Below are positions 47,596 to 55,795 of a DNA stretch of 55,795 nucleotides, piece by piece (positions within the stretch are counted from its first letter, which is position 1; each line of letters begins with the position of its first letter). This DNA is from Candidatus Omnitrophota bacterium. Its GTDB lineage: Bacteria; Omnitrophota; Gorgyraeia; Gygaellales; Profunditerraquicolaceae. A model generated the notes under the pieces. That model ran no database searches. It was not told the origin of the DNA and saw nothing but the letters and a program-made list of their open reading frames with translations. Location of the stretch: the NCBI GenBank assembly GCA_037134795.1, contig JBAXLM010000003.1:1-55795 (forward strand), read 5' to 3'. Position numbers and translations under genes: made by a program.

Positions 47596-49431
47596 ATGTG
47601 TGGAATAGTTGGATACATTGGTGAAAGGCCAGCTCAAGAAATTCTTTTGGCTGGCCTTAAACGCTTGGAGTACCGTGGATACGACTCTAGCGGCATCGCT
47701 ATTATTTTAGAAAACAAAAAGACCCCCTCTATCAGAAAATCTCCCGGAAAAATTAGTGTTTTAGAGAAACTATTAAAAATAAAACCCCTTGCTGGAAACG
47801 TGGGCATTGCGCATACGCGTTGGGCAACCCATGGCGCGCCTACTTATGTGAATTCTCATCCCCATGCTGATTGTAAGAATGAAATTATGCTGGTGCATAA
47901 CGGTATTATTGAGAATTATGAACAACTCAAAACTCAGTTGATCAAAGAAGGGCATTTTTTCCGTAGTCAAACTGATACGGAGGTAATTGTTCACTTAATT
48001 GAAAAATTTTATAAGCAGGTTAGCTTAGAGGAAGCGGTAAGAAAAACGCTTAAGCTTCTTAAGGGATCTTTTGCGGTTGGGGTAATTGCTAAGCATGAGC
48101 CGAATAAAATTGTCGCGGCGCGTTGCGGAAGCCCGCTTATTGTGGGATTAGGAAAACAAGAAAATTTTCTTGCCTCAGACGCACCTGCCATTCTCGAATA
48201 TACTAAAGACATTATTTTTCTCGAAGAAAACGAAATTGCCATCTTAGGGAAAAACGAAGTGCGTTTGGAAAATATGAATGGCCAGATTTTGAAAAGGAAA
48301 TCTGTACGCATTAATTGGGATATTACCCAGGCGCAAAAACAAGGATATAAACATTTTATGCTTAAGGAAATTAATGAGCAACCGGAAATAATTCAAAATC
48401 TGCTTGCTTTGAGAATTACCAAAGCCAATAAGGTATTTTTTAAAGAGCAAAATATTCCTGAAGTTAAATTAAAAAAGATAAATAAAATTTTTATTGTTGC
48501 TTGTGGCACTGCTTACCATGCCGGGTTAGTGGGTAAGTATATTATTGAATCACTCTGCGGAATACCTGTTTCCATTGATGTCTCTAGTGAATTTCGCTAT
48601 CGAGACCTACTTATTGACGCAAATACATTGGTTATGGCTGTTAGCCAGTCAGGAGAAACAGCTGATACCTTAGCTTGTGCCCGAGAAGCAAAAAAACACG
48701 GGTCGACAGTTCTTTCTATATGCAATGTTTTAGGCTCTACCTTAACTCGCGAGTCAGAGGGAGTAATTTATACGCATGCCGGGCCCGAGATAGGCGTTGC
48801 CTCAACCAAGGCGTATACCGCGCAGTTAGCGGCAATTTATCTTTTTGCTTTTTACCTGGCTCAAATAAGGGGTATTTTACCACAGCAAAAAGTTAGCAGG
48901 CTTATCGAAGAGTTAAAAATGATTCCGCAGAAACAAACAGAGATTCTTAAACATCAGGATAATATTGCTAGGGTAGCGCGCAGGCACTCACATTTTGGTT
49001 CATTTTTGTATCTCGGTAGGAATGTTAATTACCCTTCTGCTTTAGAGGGCGCGTTAAAGTTAAAAGAAGTATCTTATATTCCCGCAGAAGGTTATGCGGC
49101 TGGGGAAATGAAACATGGCCCGATTGCTTTAATCGATGAATATCGCGCGGTAGTTTGCATTGCCCCTGAGTCAAAGATATATGAGAAAATGATCTCCAAT
49201 ATTCAAGAGATTCACTCACGCAAAGGGAGAATTATTTCAATTGCTACCACAGGCGATGAAAATATTAAAGAGCTTACCAGTGAAGTGATCTATATCCCCA
49301 AGTGTAGCGAAATATTTTCACCTTTCTTGGTTATTTTACCTTTGCAGCTTATGGCATATCATATTTCCGTAAAACGCGGTTGCGACGTAGACCAACCGAG
49401 AAATCTTGCCAAAAGCGTAACCGTAGAATAA
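47596..49431 (+). CDS. glmS: Glutamine--fructose-6-phosphate aminotransferase
   Basis: True start MCGIVG at 47596; LEYRGYDS, HTRWATHG, PRNLAKSVTVE. Confidence 0.98.
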   Translation: MCGIVGYIGERPAQEILLAGLKRLEYRGYDSSGIAIILENKKTPSIRKSPGKISVLEKLLKIKPLAGNVGIAHTRWATHGAPTYVNSHPHADCKNEIMLVHNGIIENYEQLKTQLIKEGHFFRSQTDTEVIVHLIEKFYKQVSLEEAVRKTLKLLKGSFAVGVIAKHEPNKIVAARCGSPLIVGLGKQENFLASDAPAILEYTKDIIFLEENEIAILGKNEVRLENMNGQILKRKSVRINWDITQAQKQGYKHFMLKEINEQPEIIQNLLALRITKANKVFFKEQNIPEVKLKKINKIFIVACGTAYHAGLVGKYIIESLCGIPVSIDVSSEFRYRDLLIDANTLVMAVSQSGETADTLACAREAKKHGSTVLSICNVLGSTLTRESEGVIYTHAGPEIGVASTKAYTAQLAAIYLFAFYLAQIRGILPQQKVSRLIEELKMIPQKQTEILKHQDNIARVARRHSHFGSFLYLGRNVNYPSALEGALKLKEVSYIPAEGYAAGEMKHGPIALIDEYRAVVCIAPESKIYEKMISNIQEIHSRKGRIISIATTGDENIKELTSEVIYIPKCSEIFSPFLVILPLQLMAYHISVKRGCDVDQPRNLAKSVTVE

Positions 49432-49440
49432 ATTACAATT

Positions 49441-49600
49441 GCAGAAGTCAAAATTCAAAAGTACCTGCCTGCCGGCAGGCAGGAAAAGGTAAAACCAAAA
49501 GTTAAAAGTAAAAATATTGTATAGGATTATAGGCTAAAAAAGATATGGTTTTGACTTTTAAATTGTGGTTTTAACTTTTGCGTTTTTACTTTTTAGTTTT
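49441..49600. repeat. Family H element with nested family P palindrome (49464-49483) and a ~35-bp central spacer
   Basis: A-rich heptamer arm, CCTGCCTGCCGGCAGGCAGG, T-rich arm with TTGTGGTTTT. Confidence 0.85.
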
Positions 49601-49619
49601 ATCATAATTTGTCATTAAT

Positions 49620-50273
49620 ATGCTATATATCGTAGCTACTCCAATCGGGAATTTAAAAGACTGCACGCATAGGGCAATTGAGGTTTTAAAAAGCGTGGAT
49701 TTAATTGCCTGTGAAGATACGCGGCATACTAAAATCCTGCTTACCCACTACGCAATTAATACACCGACCACAAGTTTTTTTCAGCATAACAGATTTACCA
49801 AGGGCGAGTATTTAATTGGCTTATTAAAAGAAGGTAAAAATATCGCGCTTGTTTCTGATGCCGGCTCTCCTGGAATTTTAGATCCCGGGTATAACTTGAT
49901 TAATCTGGCGATCAAAAATAACCTGGAAATGACTTTTATCCCGGGGGCAACCGCATTTGTAAATGCGCTGGTGCTTTCTGGAAAACCGGCTCATGAATTT
50001 TATTTTGCCGGGTTTTTCCCTAATCGCACAGGCGCGCGTAAGAATCAATTGGAGAAATTAAAAAAACTCAGCTGCACCCTGGTTTTTTATGAATCCTGCC
50101 ACAGAATTTTAGCTACTCTGGAGGATATAGATGCAGTTTTCAAGGAGAGAGAAATTGTAGTAGCCAGGGAATTAACCAAAAAATTTGAAGAAATTCTTCG
50201 CGGCAGCCCTAAAGTTGTTCAAGAAAAGCTGGCTAAAAACAAGCCCCGCGGTGAATTTGTAGTAATAATTTAA
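49620..50273 (+). CDS. rsmI: 16S rRNA C1402 2'-O-methyltransferase
   Basis: LYIVATPIGNL, ACEDTR, VSDAG.PG..DPG, ARELTK.FEE, GEFV. Confidence 0.96.
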   Translation: MLYIVATPIGNLKDCTHRAIEVLKSVDLIACEDTRHTKILLTHYAINTPTTSFFQHNRFTKGEYLIGLLKEGKNIALVSDAGSPGILDPGYNLINLAIKNNLEMTFIPGATAFVNALVLSGKPAHEFYFAGFFPNRTGARKNQLEKLKKLSCTLVFYESCHRILATLEDIDAVFKEREIVVARELTKKFEEILRGSPKVVQEKLAKNKPRGEFVVII

Positions 50274-50275
50274 GC

Positions 50276-50303
50276 TTGACAAAGAATGAGCTTATGGTAT
50301 ACT
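50276..50303 (+). promoter_or_regulatory. sigma70 promoter of the pyr operon
   Basis: TTGACA-16 nt-TATACT with extended TG. Confidence 0.7.
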
Positions 50304-50318
50304 TCTTTTAATAATATG

Positions 50319-50422
50319 AACCTTTAAGCCTAGCTCTGTGAAGCTGGCAAGGTAAACAAAATGAAAAATATAGCGGTAAAAATCATGAACCCTTGGCATA
50401 AACAGCCAGGGGTATTTTTTTT
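50319..50422 (+). promoter_or_regulatory. PyrR-binding loop and attenuator terminator
   Basis: ACCTTTAA-GCCTAGCTCTGTGAAGCTGGC-AAGGT stem-loop, then CCCTTGGC...GCCAGGGG plus T-tract, immediately before pyrR. Confidence 0.8.
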
Positions 50423-50432
50423 GAGGGCATAA

Positions 50433-50972
50433 ATGAAAGAAAAAGTTAAAATACTAGATCAGGAAGGTATCAACCGCGCGATCACGCGTATTGCCCATGA
50501 AATTATTGAAAAAAATAAGGGGACTACAGAGCTATGCGTTATCGGCATCAGGAATCGCGGAGTACATATTGCTTCACGCCTGGCAGAATGCATTAAAAAG
50601 ATCGAAGGTTCGGAGATTGCAACCGGGGCATTGGATATTACGCTTTACCGCGATGATCTGGCTTTAGCCAGCGGCCAGCCATTGGTGCGGAAGACGGAGA
50701 TAGATTTTGATATTAATAATAAAAACGTAGTGTTGGTTGATGATGTACTTTATACGGGCCGCACAATCAGAGCTGCTTTAGACGCTTTAATTGATTTTGG
50801 CCGGCCTAAGTCCATACAATTGGCAGTTTTAGTTGATCGCGGCCATCGTGAATTACCCATTCGCGCGGATTTTGTAGGAAAGAATATTCCTACTTCTAAA
50901 AAAGAATCCGTGGAAGTGCATTTGCAAGAATCTGATGGATCTGATGAAGTATTAATCGCGGAGAAAGAATAA
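50433..50972 (+). CDS. pyrR: Pyrimidine operon attenuator / UPRTase
   Basis: [38 protein letters not shown]. Confidence 0.97.
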   Translation: MKEKVKILDQEGINRAITRIAHEIIEKNKGTTELCVIGIRNRGVHIASRLAECIKKIEGSEIATGALDITLYRDDLALASGQPLVRKTEIDFDINNKNVVLVDDVLYTGRTIRAALDALIDFGRPKSIQLAVLVDRGHRELPIRADFVGKNIPTSKKESVEVHLQESDGSDEVLIAEKE

Positions 50973-51904
50973 TGCCTTGGACAAAGAAGGATCTTTTGGG
51001 CCTGGAGTATTTAACGCAAGAAGAGATAGAGCTAATTTTAGACACCACAGAATCTTTTAAAGAGGTTTCTACGCGTGAGATTAAAAAAGTTCCTGCTTTA
51101 CGCGGGAAAACCGCAGTTAACCTATTTTATGAACCATCCACGCGTACCCGTGTATCTTTTGAAGTAGCAGCCAAAAGGCTTTCTGCCGACGTAATTAATA
51201 TCGCCACAGAAACCTCAAGCGTACGTAAAGGAGAAACTCTTATTGATACCGGTAAAAACATTCAGGCGCTTAAGGCCGATATAATTATTGTGCGGCATAA
51301 CTGTTCAGGTGCTGCCAATATGTTGGCGCGCACGTTAGAGATCAGCGTAGTTAATGCCGGAGACGGTTGGCATGAACACCCAACTCAGGCACTTCTAGAT
51401 ATTTTTACTTTAAAAGAAAAACTAGGCAAAATAAAAGGTTTAAATATTGCCATTGTAGGTGATATCGCGCATTCTCGGGTTGCCCGCTCTAACATTTGGG
51501 GTTTGACTAAATTGGGGGCTAATGTTACGGTATGCGCGCCAGAGATTTTGCTTCCGGTGGGAATAGAAAAAACCGGAGTAAAGGTAACAAGCAATATTGA
51601 TGAAGCCCTGAGGAATGCTGATGCAGTAAATGTTTTAAGAATGCAATTTGAGCGCGATGAAGGCGCGGCATTTCCTGAACAACTGGATTATTATCAAAGA
51701 TTTGGCATTACCGAGGAAAGATTAGCTAAGGCTAAGAAAGATATAGTGGTTATGCATCCCGGCCCGATTAATCGCGGAGTTGAGATGTCTAGTGAAGTGG
51801 CTGATGGTGCAAATTCAGTAATCTTAGAGCAAGTAACTAACGGTATTGCCGTAAGAATGGCAGTTTTATTTTTAGTGGCGCAAGCAGGGGAAGTAAAAAA
51901 ATGA
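50972..51904 (+). CDS. pyrB: Aspartate carbamoyltransferase
   Basis: EPSTRTR, HPTQALLD, MHPGP.NRG. Confidence 0.97.
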   Translation: MPWTKKDLLGLEYLTQEEIELILDTTESFKEVSTREIKKVPALRGKTAVNLFYEPSTRTRVSFEVAAKRLSADVINIATETSSVRKGETLIDTGKNIQALKADIIIVRHNCSGAANMLARTLEISVVNAGDGWHEHPTQALLDIFTLKEKLGKIKGLNIAIVGDIAHSRVARSNIWGLTKLGANVTVCAPEILLPVGIEKTGVKVTSNIDEALRNADAVNVLRMQFERDEGAAFPEQLDYYQRFGITEERLAKAKKDIVVMHPGPINRGVEMSSEVADGANSVILEQVTNGIAVRMAVLFLVAQAGEVKK

Positions 51905-53175
51905 GCATATTGATTAAGGGTGGCAGAGTGATTGATCCAGCGAATAAAATTGACGCTATTTTGGATATTTTTATCCAGAACAATAAAATATCTAAGGTTG
52001 CTCAGAATATCCAGGCCTCGGCCGAAACTATAATTGATGCAACTGATAAAATTGTTGCTCCGGGTATTGTGGATATGCATGTGCATCTACGCCAGCCTGG
52101 CAGGGAAGATAAAGAAACAGTGGCTACCGCAACAGCAGCAGCGGCTAAGGGTGGAGTGACTACTGTTTTAGCCATGTCGAATACTCAACCGCCAATGGAC
52201 TGCCCGCAGAACGTTGAGTTATTAAAGAAAATAATCCAAAAAGACGCAAAAGTCGATGTGCTTATTTGTGGAACAATTACTATGGGCCGCCTAGGCCAAG
52301 AATTAAGTGAGATTGAAGCTTTAAAAAAATCTGGCGTATATGCTATTTCCGATGATGGATCGTCCGTAGACAACAATGAGTTGATGCGTGAGGCATTTAA
52401 AAAAGCAAAACAGGCGGGCCTTTTAACTATCTGCCACAGTGAAGATAAAAAGCTTTCCGGAAAAGGAGTAATTAATTTAGGTTTTAATTCTACGCGGCTG
52501 GGGTTACGCGGCATATCTAATGAGTCAGAGTATAAAAGAGTAGCACGTGATATTGAATTAGCAGAAAACTCAGGCGCTTGCGTACACATTGCCCACGTAA
52601 GCTGTAAGGAGTCAGTAGAAATAATTGCCGCGGCTAAGAGAAGAGGAGTTAAAGTCACCTGCGAAACCGCTCCACATTATTTTGCTTTAACAGAAGAGGA
52701 TATTGTTGATTATGACACTAACATGAAAATAAACCCACCTTTAAGAACTAAAGAAGATGCAGCCGCGATAAAAGCAGGACTTAAAGATATGACCATAGAT
52801 GTAATTGCTTCAGATCATGCTCCTCACACGGAAAACGAAAAAGATATTGAGTTTGATCGCGCCGAATTCGGAAAGATCGGGCTGGAGTCTGGATTAGCCG
52901 TAAGCATTATGGAATTAATTGATAAAAAGATTTTAAGCTGGTTGGAATTGTTTGATAAGCTAGCGGTCAATCCAGCAAGGATTTTAGGTATTAGTAAAGG
53001 CGGATTAAGTGTTGGCGCTGTCGCGGATATAATTATTGTAGATGCTGACAAGGAATTTATTCTTGAGAAAAAGAGCATTGTTTCGAAATCAAAAAACTCT
53101 CCGTTTATCGGGAAAAAGGTAAAAGGATCAGTGGAATATACAATTTATAACGGTAAGATAGTCTATAAAAGATAA
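51901..53175 (+). CDS. pyrC: Dihydroorotase
   Basis: DMHVHLR.PG, KINPPLR, SDHAPH, NSPF.G. Confidence 0.96.
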   Translation: MSILIKGGRVIDPANKIDAILDIFIQNNKISKVAQNIQASAETIIDATDKIVAPGIVDMHVHLRQPGREDKETVATATAAAAKGGVTTVLAMSNTQPPMDCPQNVELLKKIIQKDAKVDVLICGTITMGRLGQELSEIEALKKSGVYAISDDGSSVDNNELMREAFKKAKQAGLLTICHSEDKKLSGKGVINLGFNSTRLGLRGISNESEYKRVARDIELAENSGACVHIAHVSCKESVEIIAAAKRRGVKVTCETAPHYFALTEEDIVDYDTNMKINPPLRTKEDAAAIKAGLKDMTIDVIASDHAPHTENEKDIEFDRAEFGKIGLESGLAVSIMELIDKKILSWLELFDKLAVNPARILGISKGGLSVGAVADIIIVDADKEFILEKKSIVSKSKNSPFIGKKVKGSVEYTIYNGKIVYKR

Positions 53176-53177
53176 AT

Positions 53178-54416
53178 ATGGAATTTATCGCAGATCTGCA
53201 TATTCACTCTAAATACTCGCGCGCCACCAGCCGTGATATGGATATTAAGAATTTAGCTCTTTGGGCTAAATTAAAAGGAATTACGCTGATGGGTACGGGT
53301 GATTTTACGCATCATTTGTGGCTTGAGGAATTGAAACATACACTGGAAGATTGCGGAAATGGCTTATTTAAACACGCGGATGTTTATTTTATGCTTACCG
53401 CGGAAATCAGCAGTATTTATTCTAAGGGGGGCAAGGGACATCGTATCCACAATCTTATTTTTGCTCCTTCTTTTGCCGTTGTAGACAAGATTAATAATGC
53501 TCTTTCTCGCCGGGGTGCAAATTTATCCAGCGATGGCCGGCCGATCATTGGCCTGGCAGCCGCGGAGCTTGCGCGGATTGTATTTGATATTGATGAGAAT
53601 TGCATGATTGTTCCGGGGCATATTTGGACACCTTGGTTTAGCCTGTTTGGGTCGATGTCTGGGTTTGATAAAATTGAAGATTGTTTTGAGGAGCAGACGT
53701 CAAAAATATTCGCTTTGGAAACCGGGCTTTCAAGTGATCCGGCAATGAACTGGCGCTTGAGCGCTTTAGACAAATTTACTTTAATTTCCAATAGTGACGC
53801 GCATTCACCACAAAAAATTGGCCGTGAAGGCAATGTTTTTGAGTGTGAATTAAATTATAAAACTATTCGTGAAGTATTAAAAACCAAAGATAAAAAAAGA
53901 TTTTTATACACATTAGAGTTTTTTCCTGAAGAAGGCAAATATCATTATGATGGCCATCGCCTTTGCCAGGTGCGTTGGGCACCCAAAGAGACAAGGGAAA
54001 ATAATGGTAAGTGCCCTAAGTGTGGTAAGCCTGTAACTATAGGCGTTGTAAACAGGGTAGAAAAACTTGCTGATCGCGAGGAAGGGTTTGAGCCGGAAAA
54101 CTCCATCCCCTTCAAGAATTTAATTCCTTTTGATGAAATAGTTGCTGAAGTAAAAGGCGTAGGTAAGGCTTCGTTAAGCGTAGTAAGGGAGTATCGCAGT
54201 TATCTGGCAAAATTTGGAACAGAGTTTGATATATTGCTTAAAGCCTCGAAGGAGGAACTGCTTAAAGGTTTACCGGCAAAGGTGGCGGAAGGGGTTTTGC
54301 GCGTGCGCCAGGGAAAAGTTGATATTCGTCCAGGTTATGATGGTGAGTATGGTACAATTTCTATATTCGGAAAAGATAAGCCGGAGCAAACTGAGCAACA
54401 GTTAAGTTTATTTTAG
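53178..54416 (+). CDS. Endonuclease Q family (PHP domain + Zn finger)
   Basis: DLHIHSKYSRATS, GTGDFTH, ETGLSSD, SNSDAHS, GKYH..GHR.C, CPKCG, PGYDGEYG. Confidence 0.88.
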   Translation: MEFIADLHIHSKYSRATSRDMDIKNLALWAKLKGITLMGTGDFTHHLWLEELKHTLEDCGNGLFKHADVYFMLTAEISSIYSKGGKGHRIHNLIFAPSFAVVDKINNALSRRGANLSSDGRPIIGLAAAELARIVFDIDENCMIVPGHIWTPWFSLFGSMSGFDKIEDCFEEQTSKIFALETGLSSDPAMNWRLSALDKFTLISNSDAHSPQKIGREGNVFECELNYKTIREVLKTKDKKRFLYTLEFFPEEGKYHYDGHRLCQVRWAPKETRENNGKCPKCGKPVTIGVVNRVEKLADREEGFEPENSIPFKNLIPFDEIVAEVKGVGKASLSVVREYRSYLAKFGTEFDILLKASKEELLKGLPAKVAEGVLRVRQGKVDIRPGYDGEYGTISIFGKDKPEQTEQQLSLF

Positions 54417-54420
54417 ATAC

Positions 54421-54492
54421 GCCCCTGTAGCGCAATGGATAGCGCATTAGCCTCCGAAGCTAGTGGTACAGGTTCGACTCCTGTCAGGGGCA
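54421..54492 (+). tRNA. tRNA-Arg(CCG)
   Basis: Cloverleaf; anticodon loop CTCCGAA. Confidence 0.95.
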
Positions 54493-54643
54493 AGTAAATA
54501 GCCTAAAAAGCTAAAGTGGAGTAAAAATACTTAAATTTAGCAAGTATTTGGGGCAAAGTGGAAGAAATAGCTGATTATTAGGGTAATAATGGAGTATAAA
54601 TACCAATAAAACAAATCAACAAATTTAAAAGGAGAGGTAAATA

Positions 54644-55750
54644 ATGAAAGCAATTTTGGTTACCGAAGATGGAAAGAATTTTCAAGGAGAAAGTGTTTTA
54701 GCGGGAGAGCGCTTTGGGGAATTGATTTTAAACACCGCAGTAGTAGGTTATCAGGAGATGCTTACTGATCCGGCCAATGCCGGAAAAATTCTCGTATTTA
54801 CCTATCCTCTTATTGGAAATTATGGGGTTGCTCCAAAGTTTAATGAATCTGGTAAAGTTTGGGTAAGTGGATTAGTGATGAAAGAAAAAAGCCGGATCTA
54901 CTCTAATTGGCAAGCCAAGGGTAGTTTAGATGATTTTCTCAAAATCCAGAATGCTTTAGGGATTTACAATTTAGATACGCGTACTCTAGCTGTGCACTTA
55001 AGGGAAAAAGGGCCTTTGTATGGAATGATCTCAACTAATGAACTTGACCCAAAGAAACTCCTGGAGAAATTAAATAAAATTAAAAAACAACCCGCGCAAA
55101 CTTATTTGCCAGATGTATCGGTAAAAAAGCAGAAGGTTTTAGGGTTGGGTAAGAAAATAGTAGTTTTAGATCTGGGAGTAACTGCTAGCTTGCTTAAACA
55201 GTTAGAGTCATTGGGTTTTTCTATAAACATACTTCCTTATAATACTACTGCAAAACAAATTTTATCGCTTAAACCAAAGGGGCTAATTATATCAAACGGG
55301 CCGGAAAATGACCCGGGGTTAGCAGAGGTAGCGCAAAATTTAAAACCGCTCATTGGTAAATTACCCATATTAGGAGTTGTTACGGGGTGGCAGGTAATAG
55401 CCACTGCGTTAGGCGCAAAATTAACCCGTTTAAAACTTGGCCATCGTGGAGTAAATTATCCATTGGCCAGGGCAGGTACTTTTAAGGGAGAGATTACTTC
55501 TCAGAATCATGGGTACGTCATTGAGTATGATACATTACGTAAAATTAAAGAGATAAAAGTTACTGCTTATAATTTAAATGACCATACAGTTGAGGAGGTG
55601 GAAAGTAAGAAATTAAAATTTATCGGTGTTCAGTATAACCCTGTAACTGCTGGTTTCAACCAAATTAATCAGGTACTAAATAAATTCAACAAAATGTTAA
55701 AGCCTGCCTGCCCTGACTGCCGTCAGGCAGGCGGCAGGAAAGGGAGATAA
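54644..55750 (+). CDS. carA: Carbamoyl-phosphate synthase small subunit, catalytic triad lost
   Basis: GYQE.LTDP, TYPLIGNYG, SNGP.DP, SQNHGY retained; GVVTGWQ replaces GICLGHQ; QYNPV replaces QFHPE. Confidence 0.92.
   Translation: MKAILVTEDGKNFQGESVLAGERFGELILNTAVVGYQEMLTDPANAGKILVFTYPLIGNYGVAPKFNESGKVWVSGLVMKEKSRIYSNWQAKGSLDDFLKIQNALGIYNLDTRTLAVHLREKGPLYGMISTNELDPKKLLEKLNKIKKQPAQTYLPDVSVKKQKVLGLGKKIVVLDLGVTASLLKQLESLGFSINILPYNTTAKQILSLKPKGLIISNGPENDPGLAEVAQNLKPLIGKLPILGVVTGWQVIATALGAKLTRLKLGHRGVNYPLARAGTFKGEITSQNHGYVIEYDTLRKIKEIKVTAYNLNDHTVEEVESKKLKFIGVQYNPVTAGFNQINQVLNKFNKMLKPACPDCRQAGGRKGR
55703..55738. repeat. Nested family P palindromes in the carA 3' end
   Basis: CCTGCCTGC[CCTGACTGCCGTCAGGCAGG]CGGCAGG, 36 bp, in frame. 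Confidence 0.75.
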
Positions 55751-55752
55751 AT

Positions 55753-55795
55753 ATGCCAAGAAGAAAAGATATCAAGAAGGTTTTAATGATTGGTT
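55753..55795 (+). CDS. carB: Carbamoyl-phosphate synthase large subunit (5' fragment, runs off the window)
   Basis: MPRRKDIKKVLMIG N-terminus directly after carA. Confidence 0.9.
   Translation, partial: MPRRKDIKKVLMIG

Overview
Bacterial chromosomal segment spanning the replication origin (rpmH <- oriC -> dnaA-dnaN-dciA-gyrB-gyrA). Every credible gene left of ~39.4 kb is on the minus strand and every one to the right is on the plus strand. Most content is housekeeping: gltX, a 4-subunit 2-oxoacid:ferredoxin oxidoreductase, dxs, xseAB, ymdB-rny, pheST, Trk K+ uptake, thrS-infC-rpmI-rplT, parAB/parS, yidC, glmS, pyrRBC, carAB, six tRNAs and 6S RNA. Gene content and the 1497-aa modular protein suggest Candidatus Omnitrophota (inference, not tested). 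Unusual points: (1) a secreted 1497-aa protein with modules (internal Tat-like signal, ADP-ribosyltransferase-like motif, two GNAT-like domains) separated by SS[P/A/S] linkers between GGINF and GGIDF motifs, whose 5' leader is complementary to a hairpin downstream of the gene; (2) three families of short palindromic repeats that lie between genes, nest in each other and sit in-frame in pheT, thrS, ygfA and carA, with one copy supplying the signal peptide of a GH39 protein; (3) CarA lacking its whole catalytic triad and a GH39 lacking its acid/base Glu; (4) rnpA, recF and most of jag missing from their usual origin-proximal positions; (5) an HTH/LAGLIDADG-like gene directly behind tRNA-Val. All calls come from reading the sequence and motif recall; no database searches were run.
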